From assembly GCA_037447605.1 (NCBI GenBank), contig CM074808.1:806001-870000 (forward strand): DNA of 64,000 nt, read 5' to 3'. This DNA is from Zygnema circumcarinatum SAG 698-1b. Lineage: Eukaryota > Plantae > Zygnematophyceae. The notes beneath the pieces are model-generated. The model ran no database searches, had not been told where the DNA came from, and worked only from the letters and a program-made list of their open reading frames with translations. This document shows, piece by piece, positions 1 to 12,206 of this stretch. Position 1 is the first letter of the stretch. Each line of letters begins with the position of its first letter. Made by a program: the position numbers and the translations under genes.

Positions 1-11
1 ACAAGACTCCA

Positions 12-41
12 AGTTCAGTTCAGTTCAGTTCAGTTCAGTTC
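12..41. repeat. (AGTTC)6 microsatellite
   Basis: Six perfect AGTTC units read directly. Confidence 0.95.
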
Positions 42-538
42 AACTACAGAGAGTTTAAGTGTGCTCTAGCGCCTAAAAGAGTCGGCTTCATTCACAGCAG
101 CCAGTGTCGACCATGCTCCACGCGATAAGTCGATCTCCAAATAAACTTTCGTCAGTCTGCGTAGTCCGAATGTCTCGCTCTATTCTGTCACCCCTCTGCC
201 ACGATGACATTGCAGGGCACTCTCAGTCCCTCCCTTCAGATTGACGCCTGACTGGCCTCCTCAAAAAACCTCAACTACCGCTCTACTACTAAAATTGATA
301 CAAGCTCCCAACACCGCTATGCTGGGAGCAAGGAACCCTAAAAGGTACGCTCAAACTTTAGGATTGAGGAATGGGAAAATGGCACACACCTTATGTCAGT
401 TGCTACCAGCCCAAGCTGTTGCTGCAACTGAGGATTGACCTGAGCAGCAGGTCAGACCAGCTTCCCAGAGCTCTGGGGAGAGGGGGGCAAGCCGACATTG
501 TTGCAGAGGGACAGGAGGCTTCTGGTACGTTTTACGAA

Positions 539-3500
539 CTATGTCTGCACTACTGGTTTCAGCTGGTCCAGCACAGAAGGGTGAACTCGGGCCATAGCTG
601 CGGTGAACGGTGCATCTCCATGAATGGCTGCACAGACTTGCAGCTTTTCTCTCAACAATGGGGCGATGATCATGGTGTTCACTGGATCTGCCGTGAACAC
701 CTGGACCATTCAAGAAGACAAAAGTTCCAGGTTAGTCTCCAGCAGCGCGCTGCACTCTAAAACAATGTAGGAGGAATGGGCATGCACGAGGTTTAACGGG
801 GAATGAGACAGACACGGATTAGAGCTCCGCTGTTTTCAAGAGGTAGGAATCATAAGGTTTACCTGTCTTCTCCTCATGTACTCACTCTCAGATGTTTCAT
901 CTGAACCATCTTCATTTGCGTCTGCTGCCCAATAGTCGTATCTGTTCAACATTACAGAACGGAGGTATCAAAATATGAGCAAGATGACGGAACATACAAA
1001 GGCAAAGAGCTGAGCCACGATTTTAAGCATAGAAAAATCCATAAAAGTGCTCACCCTAGAGGTGCCCCAGCCCCGTTGTCTCCTTCAGTTTCCCGGAGCA
1101 CTCCTGCACACACACTGCCACGAAAGACAACCAAACAAAGTTTTATGGTCCTCAGATTGTAAAACAGAAAAAGCAAGCACAATGTATCACGAATAATTTC
1201 TTGACAAGGACAATCATTAAACCTCATCAACGCACAGCACTCCAAGAGGGATTCGGTTGTTTTGTCCCTTTCTTTTCTGCAGCTTTGTGTAGGAAGAAAA
1301 AGGAAAATGAACTCTCTAATACACAACCTATGTTGAAATACATGAATGCTCGAAAGGCCCTAAATTTTAAATTCTCGGGGCAGAAGTCTGAAACCGAGTA
1401 AGCCGGTTGCAAAAGTAGATGGTGAGGTCAAAGTTTCACAGACGCACCTTAGGATCTGCTCGAGCCTGTCCAAAAGCTGTGACTCATGAATTGTAAGAAG
1501 CACACACAGTGCCAACGCTGACAGTTTCCGTTTGGCAACAGAAGAGATTGAATCCAGCTGCAAAAAGACTTCTCAAGGTTCAGAGCACAATATATCACAA
1601 CAAGCATATGCTGGCAAAGGTTCCAGGACGAAAAAGGAGGTTTAACACTGCAGACGTGAGTTGCTTGCACTAACCTTTTCGAGCCAGGCGTCCACAAAAA
1701 GTAACAAAGGGCTTGTTCCACCGGCCGCTGATGATTGCTGCTGAACGAGGGCAGCTGTTGAAGCCAGGGATAAGAGCTGGCCAAAATAAGGCGCATTCTG
1801 TAGCAAGACTCGGGCCAAAACACACGCTGCGGTTGCCTTGACAAGGTCGGAATCACTCGCACTGGCAATCACAATAATAAGGAGCTTCTGCGAAAGAACA
1901 TTACGGGAAAAGTTCAATCGAAGGTCCTGTTTGCCACTTGATAAGTCGTGTCCATTGAACAGGGCTTACCTGGTGGTCATTTTCACTACCCAAAAAATAG
2001 GCACCTCGACTAGTACTACTGACGGAAACTCTCATAGGGCATAGAGCCGAACTTAGAGCACGAATGTATTGCTTGAGCAGCAAAAGCAGTTTCACTAGGA
2101 GGTTGAGCAGACCTGGAGAACTTGCTCAAGGACTCCTGGAGCCTCTGATGGAAAACACTGCACATGGAAAAAAACAAGGTGTGAACAAGGTGCTAACCAC
2201 AAATTAACATGAAGGATTACGAGAGCTAACTGCTGACTTTGAAGGAAACAAGTCATCAAATTGGTTTGTATCTTGGATGTGGAGTGCAAGGTGAGGCTAA
2301 TCAATAAAAACTGAAAGGATAACTGACCTGAAGGAGAGTATCGATTACACCTAGTGTCACCATTATTCCTTTTTCGTTCACATTTCCAACCACTGCGTTG
2401 AGAATTGTCACCACGCTTCTTCCATGGTGATGAAGAAATTCTCCACCACCCACTAAGATGTAACTCTCAATGATTTTCATGGCCACCTGTTCACGAGAAC
2501 GGAACATGAATTCGTAGGAACAGATCAAAAGTTAACGTTTCCTTTCCGATTTTCCACGAAACAGTTCAAGGAGATGACTTGCAGAACACTCCAACTTATG
2601 CATTCAAAAAGAAAAGCCCAGAAACTCCTGTGGCAACCGAGCCTCCCTCCACAAAGCTTCCAGCCAAGAAGCAATGGCTGCACATCATTTGTAATCAGTA
2701 TAAGGGAGAGACATATCATCACGTTCGCGGATGTTCCAGGACTTACGGGCAAATAGTCAAAATTGCGCTCCATAATAGGGACAAGATGAGGGAAAAGCTG
2801 CAAAAATTGGGGTACCATACTCGGTGCATGGCGAAGTGCCGCTTGCCAAAGCTGGTTGCACACAATCCGCACAGGCAACAAACGCTTAAAGTGACAATAC
2901 ACTAAGTTGCTCTTACATATGTAAAGTCAACCAAAAAAAAAAAGGGTTCCCAGAAGTATTTTTAGTATCAACCCAATATCCTGAAACAACCACATCTTCC
3001 ATGGCTTATGAACTTGTGATGCTGACTTTTGACAAAATCAAATCAAGTAATACAATACTCAAGCACTAAGCGACTTTCTGATTGAAAGAAGTTTGCAGAT
3101 TCCAGGCAAACCTACTTGTAATCCATCTTCGAGCATGTTGAGCTCATCAGGTTGTGATATGTCAGTGCAATGGTTCAAAATTGGGAACAAAAGCTCATAA
3201 CAGAGCGGCGATTGGGAACCTAACGCGATGAGCAAGCGCTGCAGGGCCAGCATCACTTGTATACGCAGCAAACTCTGACCGTCTGCTGTATCCCACACCT
3301 GCAACGAACCATATGCAATGTAGCAGACGGCCAGTCAGTCGCACAACATAGTGGAAGTAGCATGTGGATGAAGCTAGGCTCACATAGCTGGATATAAGAG
3401 AAACTGACCATGGTTTTAACACTGCGAACACCTTTAGGCATATACTATCAACATCGTTTCTTCAACCATAAATTATTGTTGCAAACACAAACACAATCAT

Positions 3501-6500
3501 TATCATACGAAACTGACAACAAGGCACCCTCACGAAGGAGGCGCACCTTTGGTAGAAAGGCCATTATCTTGCCCGCACATGGCACAACTCGCTCACCAAG
3601 TCGATCAATTACGAGTGAAACCAGATTGAGAACTTGCAGCTGCAAAAAAAAAACTTCTTGTCAATCAACTACTTGAGATACATGTCCCAAAGTGACGTTA
3701 ATTTATCGCAGTGTTTAAACCTTCAGTCATCACTTCATCCACTAAAACCACTTGTATTCAAGTCAACTTTAGGCACAGGAAGACGGAGTAGCAGCTGTGC
3801 CATAATACGAAACCAATTACTAACCAATTTTAACTTGTATTTTCAGTTATGCGCCTCAAATCAGTTAAACAGCACTTGACAATTAGCTTTCTGGTCCCCA
3901 AGAAACATTATTTAGTTGCCTTCCCCCATGATACGGCATGGCATGTACCAAGGAATTAAGATCATGCGATGACAGAAGGACTGGTGCATCCATTGAGGAT
4001 GTTATCACCCTTCCAAGAAATCCTATAAAAAAAACTCTCATGCTACCCTGCAAAAAGTAAAATGGAACTCCTACCTGTGAATCAAATTCCTTTGCATTTT
4101 GTACCATCTGAAAGAGAAGCTGCAGGCATGGCTCCACAAGACCAGCAAAGTCCTCCTCATAGAAATGGACGTCATCTATGAGGTTCCGCAGAGAACGACA
4201 AGCTGCCAGCTGCATTCAATGGAGAAGTAAAGAAGAGCAAAGCGGCCTGTGAAGCTAGATTTTTCTACAACTGCTTCACCAAGCATGATTGTACGACCAA
4301 CAAAACAACAAGCACGAGCAACAATGACGTATTCAACAATAGACAGCATGACGATACCAAGATGATGAAAACAGAAATAAGGCTCGTCTAAATGATTGCA
4401 TCACGTGCAGATGCGACAGTTCTCTGATTTCATGTTTGCTCTTTTTTGGATTCTGTGGAGTCTAGTTCAGTGTATCTTTGCAGAGGTGTCTTTATCAGGA
4501 GGAGGCTGATCCGTTTGACTAAGCTAAAATACAACGAGCAATTTAAGCGAACAGACATCAAAAGGCTACCTGCACTGCCAAATCCTCGTCTTGAAGGAGA
4601 TTGATGAGACCACCATAGACTTCACGTCTGAGGTCATCCTTTATCTGCATTCCAGCAACAACACTCAGGAATAAATTGAGTTGAATAAATTGAATTACAA
4701 GAACTAATCCTGGACAAATGCACACTGAAGTATCCAGTGCTGGCAACCACTACATTGCTTTCAGACAAGCCTGAGTTGAAGATTCAGCATGGCACAAAGG
4801 AAGGCATCACCACTCATCAGAAAGCCCAAATGAATGTTTTACCTTGCTGACCCACTGGCCAAGGAGCCACGCCACTCGCCTCCTGAGTATTCTTCCATTT
4901 GGATGACGATTTGAGAGCTCACGAACCAAAACACTCCTATACCTGCATGTCGAACATGCGAAGGACTCAGAAAATCAAACTCTGAAGCTTATCAAGCTTG
5001 CTACTTGTGAGAGAGCCTCAAGTACCAAGCTCTAGAGCCTTAATTTGGGAACCAAATGATAACTGCTTCGTCAGGTAGTACAGTAAAGGCAAAGCTATTT
5101 CAAGGAACATTGCTCCAACAAAGGTCTCAAGATTAATAACTGGATAAGTAGGTCCAGTATTTCCTCGGTTACTTCTACAAAAAGCTCATACATACTACCT
5201 CTCACACTTGAATATCTGAGCACCATCCATTGGCTTCAAAAAAAACTTGATGATCAAAAAGAAATTCAGTATCCATATGCCCCTACAGCCAAAGGGTGAC
5301 AGGACACATCTCGTTCTGCATCCGATGAGCGCAGAGTTTACAATATTCGACCTCTCAACAGATTTACTTGCAGCTGAAACTATTGAATCTCAACCTACTT
5401 GCAGATGACAGCTGGCAGATGACAGCTGGCAGAACACCTGCAAGATCTTAGGAGGAAAGGTACCAGGAATCAAAATCAACAAAGTCGTGGAGGTCATAGC
5501 TTGCAACCCCAACTGCATCATAACAAGCGTCTTTGAGCAGTAAAGCTTGAGTGACCATGATGCCTGCTCCAGGATCTACTGGAGGGCAAGCCTCGGAGGC
5601 ATGCTTCAGCATTTGCATCACCATTGGTGCCAAAATCTGCAGTCCAGCTCACATCACGGCTCATGAGCTTCTGCGGTTCCTCGTTAGGAAAACCAAAGCC
5701 TTCACGTCTGCTATAAAAACAGTATCGGTTTCTAGTGGAAATATTCAGTGAACAGAACCACTTATGACTTCCGGCACGACATGCACATGATCAGAATGCC
5801 TTGAGGAATGGTGACATTTGATACTCGCTACAATCTTGGTCATGATGCACGAATGTTCTTCTACGCTCAAGACAAGGTTCATCAGCTAACCTCCTTAAAG
5901 TTCTCAAAGAGCACCATATATAATGCTTCGGCACAAGGCCGCAGTTTGTCCCGCATCTGCAACTGGTCTTGTTCATGATGAAAGCCTTCTGGGTCTTCTG
6001 CCCACTCCTCCAAGTCCGTTTCAGTAAAAATGAAATATCTGCATTTGAAAAAATGGACTACGAGAAACGGTTGAAAGCTTTGATTTTGCATATGTCATAC
6101 ATTGAAGTATTAAAGAATATCCTTCATGGTAAATGGACGTTTTGGGCACTAGTGGAGCATTACAAAGACACACTTTCCCATATACAACCAATAGGAAGTT
6201 TGCTCATCTATGATCTAACAGCTGTGGACGCATGAGCATCATAAAATTCTCTCTCGAAATTGAATGGGGTGGACGCCAAACCCCAATACTCATAAAGATT
6301 ATGATGGTCCCTTAAAGATTATATCTTCCAAGCTAAGAAACTCGCATCCCTACATGTAACTTGAAACATGCACAAAATACAAAATCTGAGGACCCCAATG
6401 CAAGACTGGAAACAACAGCCTTTTGTAAGTATCCGTTACCGGCTATTGTCTTTCCGTTGTATTGGTGAAAGCTATGATAAAAGGAATGCACAACAAGCAC

Positions 6501-9075
6501 AGGGAAATGGTCCTCACCTTTGGACAAGGACAGTGCAAAGAAAACCAACTCGTCCCCGTTCGAAATACTTTTGACAAAGACTTTGCGCTTGGTCTGATAG
6601 TCTTTCTTTTGTTTCTTGCATTGTTGGTGTCGAATTGCCAAGGACCCGGCCTGTCTTCGCTTGCTTATAAGCCACACACTTCAGAACGTTTTGCAACAAA
6701 ATCATGCATTGAATGAGGAAGCGCTCAAAAAGTTGCTTCCCGCCTTTCTGCCCTTCAGTGACTTGAACAAAACTGAACTCCAGAGTAGGCAGCATTAGCT
6801 CCTCCTTACTGAATGAGTAAGGATGTGTTGCTTGTATGTCAATGAGAGTCTTCATAAGTTTTATGCATGCCGTCTCTAAAAACAGCTGGAAGTTTGCATG
6901 CTGCTGTTGTAGTGCCACCCCTGAAAAACAGACCCTGAGCTGACATCAGACCAGCGCACCTTCGAAACTGCACAAGCCAAAGCAAAGCATTCAAGTTCCA
7001 CATTCACTGCTTCAAATGGTGGGTGGTAAAAACTGACTCCTGGAATTAGCTGATTGATCCAGCATTATCAAAAACAAGCGTGAGAAAGCTAATGTTACAT
7101 CCATCTTTGACCTGTTCAATTGTACTATTAAGAAGACTGCCCAATAGAGGTGTATCCTCGTTACTTACAACACTGCATAAGCGACTGGATTGCCTGCAAG
7201 TACGCGGGTACGACCTGCTGCACTACCGGAACTTCCTGCATCACAGATCATGGCCTCAGGAATCACGGCAAGTACTTTTGATGGTGCTATTGCGTTGTAT
7301 CATATCTGTAAGCAAAGAAACTTGCAGCGTTATCATTTGGTTAGGTTTGATAACAGCCGCGTCAGCCATGACTCCAGCACAAATTTTGCTAAAGTACAAC
7401 GTGGCGTGCGCACCTGCACTGACTTGAAATCGCTCGGAAAACCGAAAATGAGCATCCTTCTCAATGTCTTGCAGCAGAGAAGCCATCTCTCACAAGTAAG
7501 TGCCAAGCCTTGCTGGTCTTCAAGGGAGATAGAGCCCTCACTTCCACTCAATAGAAGGGTTGTTAGCGATTTGATGATGGTTTGTGTGTCACCATACCAA
7601 TGACGCCATGTGTATTCAAACAGCTGCGAAGAAACCTGATAGAATACACAACTCTTGAGATTGATTAGTTCCCGTCACTGAAGCGTACCATGGTCGAGCA
7701 TATGACAAGTTGATCCGAGTTGTGACAATTTTGAACAAAGCTCACATGCCCGAGAAGGCACAAACTCTCACCTCCGCAAACTGGCGCTGGTCGATTCCAA
7801 GCCGTTTTGTGGATAACTCCTTCAGAACTTGATTTAAAGTCAAGTACACACGCTGCCTTGTAAGTGAATCAGTTGTTTGCACCTTCTGAAGCAAAGTTGG
7901 AAACAGGTCTGGCCTGTAAAGAATGACATTTTGGTGATCAATAGCCCCATTTTCACAATGATATCTTTACAAAGTCAGGTACTTCTCACAATTTTCTCAG
8001 GTGGATTTCACTGCAAGGAGTTCTATACGCATAGACATTGAACCAATGAACAAATAACTGTAAGTCGATCTTCAAAATGCAGCGCGATAAGAAAGTAAGG
8101 ATAATGAAAGGACAGTCTACAAATTTGCATTTGTGTACTTTGCACGCCTTCCACCACAAGGCGAACGGAAACTCTGGAGGCCTAAGAGATTGCTTGAAGC
8201 TTACCACTCGCGAGGGAAGTCAAAGCGAGCTATCTTGGAGATTAATAGTGCCAGTTGAACAGCCACCTACAGAAAGAATTTAGGCGAAGGTGAACATTTG
8301 CTTTGCAGTAACACGTGCAACTTAGCCTCAACAGATTCAAGAGAGTGTATGGTTACAATGAGAATTTGGACCTGATTGTTTTCATCTCGAAGGAGCTCTA
8401 ATAACCTTTTCCGAAGATGCGGCTTCTCTTCATTACTGATGCCTCTGTCACACAGGAGGCCACGCAAACATCGTTGTAGCATGAGCAATCGTGTACTCTG
8501 AACGTGGGATTCTATGTCAATAGAGCCATAACTTCAATTAACAACCACCAACGCTAGAAACGGAGCTGCTGCATGACCATGAAAGTGATTCAATAACTAG
8601 CTTGCAGATAACACTCACTGTGAGTCCCGTCGAGCTCGCCAAAATCTATTGATGCTATTCTTGAAGTATACAGCTGCCAACCATCGTGCATTACCCTGCT
8701 TATCTAGCTCGGGAGCGGCAATTATCTCCTGCAAAACATGCCGGTTGAATATTTTCAAGTTACTCGGGGCACTTCGGAGTTATTCTGGTCAAACAAGTAT
8801 GTGAATATAAAACGAACTTTTCAAAATTTCAGACGAGCCTCAAAAAAATTTTAGAACCAAAAATGCTGCAATCGGGGCGACTTGCACGCTCATCACTCGG
8901 GAGGCTAGCCGACTAAGTAAGGAGAGCTACTGACCAATAAACAAGAGCAAAATCCTGGTCTGCTCGCATTTGCTTCCAGTGATGATTCCGCCACTTTCCT
9001 AACATTCTCGTCCTGACTAAGTGCATTTTGAAGGCATGAATAGACAGTTGGTGCGTCAGCTGAAGATAGCGCCAT
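539..9075 (-). CDS. IPO11: Importin-11 / KA120-type importin-beta family karyopherin, multi-exon (>20 exons)
   Basis: Exon 1 (9075-8935) gives MALSSADAPTVYSCLQNALSQDENVRKVAESSLEANASRPGFCSCLL. Exon 2 (8728-8619) gives ARWLAAVYFKNSINRFWR. Internal exons give LALTCERWLLC, EEWAEDPEGFHHEQD..LRPCAEALYMVLF and LRRRVAWLLGQWV. The last exon (700-539) gives VFTADPVN..REKLQVCAAIHGD..VHPSVLDQLK* with TAG at 541-539. These match recalled plant importin-11 motifs, and GT-AG junctions were in phase wherever checked. Confidence 0.93.
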
Positions 9076-9627
9076 CTTCCTTGCGGGTGCAGATGCTCAG
9101 AAATTCAGGAATCAGATGACGCTTGTCTAACGTTCGTAAAGCCCGCACATCCAGCCAGCATACGTATGTTTGTTCAGTTCGATCGCTGGCGAGCAACGAA
9201 AGCTGTGAGCATCTCAGTCTGGTCGACGCCGCCGCAAAGCTCGCCTCGCTAACAATCGGTCTGCAAGCAGCTGCATGGGCTGTCTGTCTATCTATCTATC
9301 TATACATATATCTATCTATTAGCCTGAGCAGGCTCCCCTCCCTCTGTCGCCACTCCTGCGCCCTGCCGGAGCCGCCTGCAGGCTAGGCGCTGAGAAGCAC
9401 GCTCCCGGCTGGCCCTGCGCCTGCGCTTGTTCAAGTTGCGGTTGGGAGGATGCGCCGCTGTGCAGACGGCGAGCCATGGCCGTGGAACAAGTACGGTCCG
9501 GCCGTGCAGCCTCCCTCGGCTCGTTCTCGTGCTGGGGGAAAACACGACTACACGAGGGAATAAAGGGAGGCTCCACTACAACTAACTGCCTAGAGGAGTG
9601 TTGTTATTGCACCTCATGGGAAAATTG

Positions 9628-9769
9628 GTGTGGGATTGATCTCACAATGGCGATTCCATCGTACATCATCGTCCATCACGTACATGGATGGACAAAATCA
9701 TCATTGGGAACCACGAGGAACTGGTCACAAAGGACACTAAGGACGTTAAAAAAAAGCTATGAGCCATAT
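9628..9769 (-). repeat. Copy A of unclassified ~180-bp dispersed repeat
   Basis: GATTGATCTCACAATGGCGATTCCATC...CATGGACAAAATC...GGGAACCACGAGGAACTGG...AAAAAGCTATGAG aligns by eye with the copies at 11160, 11270 and 60356. Confidence 0.75.
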
Positions 9770-9778
9770 GACATACAA

Positions 9779-10065
9779 TATTGCACAGATCGGACGGAAC
9801 ATGGGAACAACCATTGGAAGGATGGCGAACCATTGATTCGCGATTCAGCCAACCATTGCCAATGGTTGGAGCCATTAAAGTCAATGGTTGCCAACCATTG
9901 CCGATGGTTGTAACCACTGGATTCAATGGTTGTGAACCAGGGATTCGCGATCCAATCAACCATGGACAAAGGTATCCAACCATCGGCGTCGGGCCGAATC
10001 AACCCTCGCCAATGGTTGCAATCACTCAATGCCAATGGTTGGCCAATGGTCCGACCTGTGCAGTA
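9779..10065. mobile_element. MITE-like element with ~17-bp TIRs ending in TA (Tc1/mariner-type TSD), filled with AACCATTG/CAATGGTT motifs
   Basis: Left end TATTGCACAGATCGGAC (9779-9795) against right end GTCCGACCTGTGCAGTA (10049-10065), 2 mismatches. More than 10 internal AACCAT(T/C)G-type motifs occur in both orientations. Confidence 0.7.
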
Positions 10066-10916
10066 GTGCTTGTTGATTGATAGTACATGGTCCGCAATTT
10101 ATAGAGCATAGATGAAGCATGGAGTATGAAAACCAAAATTACCAACAAGGTTTTCTACTGTGTACATTTCAAACTATACAGTGGGGAGAAGAACAAAACA
10201 CAACAATAGAGCGCTTTCTTAAAAAAAGAAAGTCGAAATCAAAATTTCGTCAATACCAGGCACATCCGCCCATACCATATTCGACCAAACAAAAGGGGTG
10301 TGGGTGGATCTCGCGCTCCACCTTTCGCCAACGGGTCCACGCACTGAGTTGCAAACCGAGGCGGCGACTTTGCAAACCTCCGAACCAAAGTTTTCAACAG
10401 CTGACCGTCAACCGTCCGCAAGCTGCGAGTGCAGCTACCGCCAACAAGAAAGCGCCACGTGGCGACTAGAAGTGTTGGAGGCTGGCCGCAGACTGTTTGG
10501 CCTGCCCGCGACCTCGGCCCCGAGATACCAAGCTTCTTTCTCTGCATGGCCAAGTTTGAATGTGCCTTTTTTCCCCTTCTCCTTGGTTCTTACGGCTTGC
10601 TTTTATCTGGAGTGAGTCGGGGTGTAAATATTCTATTCTCATCTCCTCGTCCATAGGAAGTGAAATGCTATCCTACTCAGGCTCTGTTTTGTGCAGTCGC
10701 ACGGCCTCCCGGTTCCACCCTCTCTACTGCTTTCATCCTTATCCTTACAACTATTAAATCGATTTCAATTCTTCTTCCTCCTCATCCATAGGCTATTATC
10801 TTGTTTGGGAAAGGTGCTTTTTAGAGAAATTATTTGAAGCGCAACAAGTGAGGAACTTATAGCATCGATCCGTCCACCGCTCTCTCCGCTCGATGTGCCA
10901 CACATCGGCGACTTTC

Positions 10917-11087
10917 GCGGCTGCTTCGAGGGAGGGCTGCCTTGTTGAGCCTAGGCGTAGCTTTCCGCTCCTCTCTTTTTTCTTTTGTGCTTAGGTCCTT
11001 TGCATCTAGGTCCTCCTGGTTCCCCATGCTGATTTTTTCTATGCACATTTGATGGCATCATTGCCGTTGCGAGATCAATGCCACACC
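10917..11087 (+). repeat. Copy B (near full length) of unclassified ~180-bp repeat
   Basis: GCGGCTGCTTC...GCCTAGG...GGTTCCCCATGCTGA...CATTTGATGGCATCATTGCCGTTGCGAGATCAATGCCACACC is collinear with 39654-39836. Confidence 0.75.
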
Positions 11088-11159
11088 TCTCTATCTAAGA
11101 ACAGAACGATTTCAAGCTTCAAGCTTCTCTCTTCTCTCTTCAAGAAACGGAATGAGGAA

Positions 11160-11346
11160 GTGGCATTGATCTCACGATGGCGATGATGCCATCAAATGTA
11201 CATGGACAACATCAGCATCATGGGGAACCACGAGGAATAGGCCAGGATGGATGGATTCTTGCAAAGGATGTGGCATTGATCTCACGATGGCGATGATGCC
11301 ATCAAATGTACATGGACAAAATCAGTATAATGGGGAACCACGAGGA
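11160..11346 (-). repeat. Two tandem partial copies (C 11160-11237, D 11270-11346) of the same repeat
   Basis: GTGGCATTGATCTCACGATGGCGATGATGCCATCAAATGTACATGGACAA..GGGGAACCACGAGGA occurs twice, nearly identical, and inverted relative to copy B. Confidence 0.85.
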
Positions 11347-12206
11347 CCAGAGCGCAGACTCTTCGAGTCTTCATCCTCTCATACAGTACTGTACCTCAAA
11401 GTCTGATTACCGTACCGGTATGCCCGAACCGAACCGAAACCGTACAGGCGATTTCCCCCGCCCCGACTAAACTAACATCAGAATTCGTATCGCTTAGTGG
11501 AAAGATTTTTTTTCCATAGAGTACTTACTTTGAAATCACGTCGTATGCTTTCCGTTTCAGAAGATTTTCTGAAGATGTCGCCCCCCATTGGCCAGTTTCA
11601 CCCCAAATCTGCGGACCCAATGGCAGCAGCCCCTTTCCATCCGAATTTTCCAGTTTTAAAAACTTCGCACATGGAAAAAGCGCCTCTGAAATTGCAAAAG
11701 CGCTCGTCCAGATTCACCTCAAACCCTTCACTGCTGACATGACGGCACGTGGCGCCAAGCCGCTCTCCCATTGGTGTGTGTCTGCCGACATGGCACGGGA
11801 TTTTTGGGTCCCGCCCGCCCGTCCGTACAATCCCCTGCAAGATAATTTGAGGGGCCGAGCAGTAGCGTGGTCAGACCATGGCTCCTTTTGAGAAAATTTC
11901 AGGGGCTTGGAGGAGCTCCTGCAGCGCCTTCCAAGAGACGGGGCCGCCATGGCGGCTGCAGCGGTGCTGCTTCCGCAGCCGCTGCCAACAGAGGGGGGAC
12001 GAAGGGATTGTTTGGAGTATTAAGGCAGAATAGTGGTTCGTAACAGGACGCTGGAGACGAGGACAACAGGGGGGGGGGTCCCTGTGAAGCTTGATACACC
12101 AATATCAAACCTGGGATGTGAGGAGCTTAAGGATAGGTTAGGGGAAAGGCTTAGTGGCGCAGGTTTGAGTGTTGAGAGTCGGAACTGCACAGGGAGGAGG
12201 GAGAAT

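Noticed and set aside
5791-5830. Possible GC-AG donor in the importin gene
   Set aside because: The protein is continuous using the canonical GT donor near 5890 and the acceptor near 5640; this stretch is intronic.
10917-11087. tRNA/5S-derived SINE head or hammerhead ribozyme in the dispersed repeat
   Set aside because: No A/B box, no convincing 5S match (only GGTCCTCCTGG-like noise) and no CTGANGA...GAAA core in any copy.
11160-11346. Direct repeats with a spacer resembling a mini CRISPR array
   Set aside because: Only two ~78-bp units, belonging to a dispersed family in a eukaryotic genome, with no cas genes.
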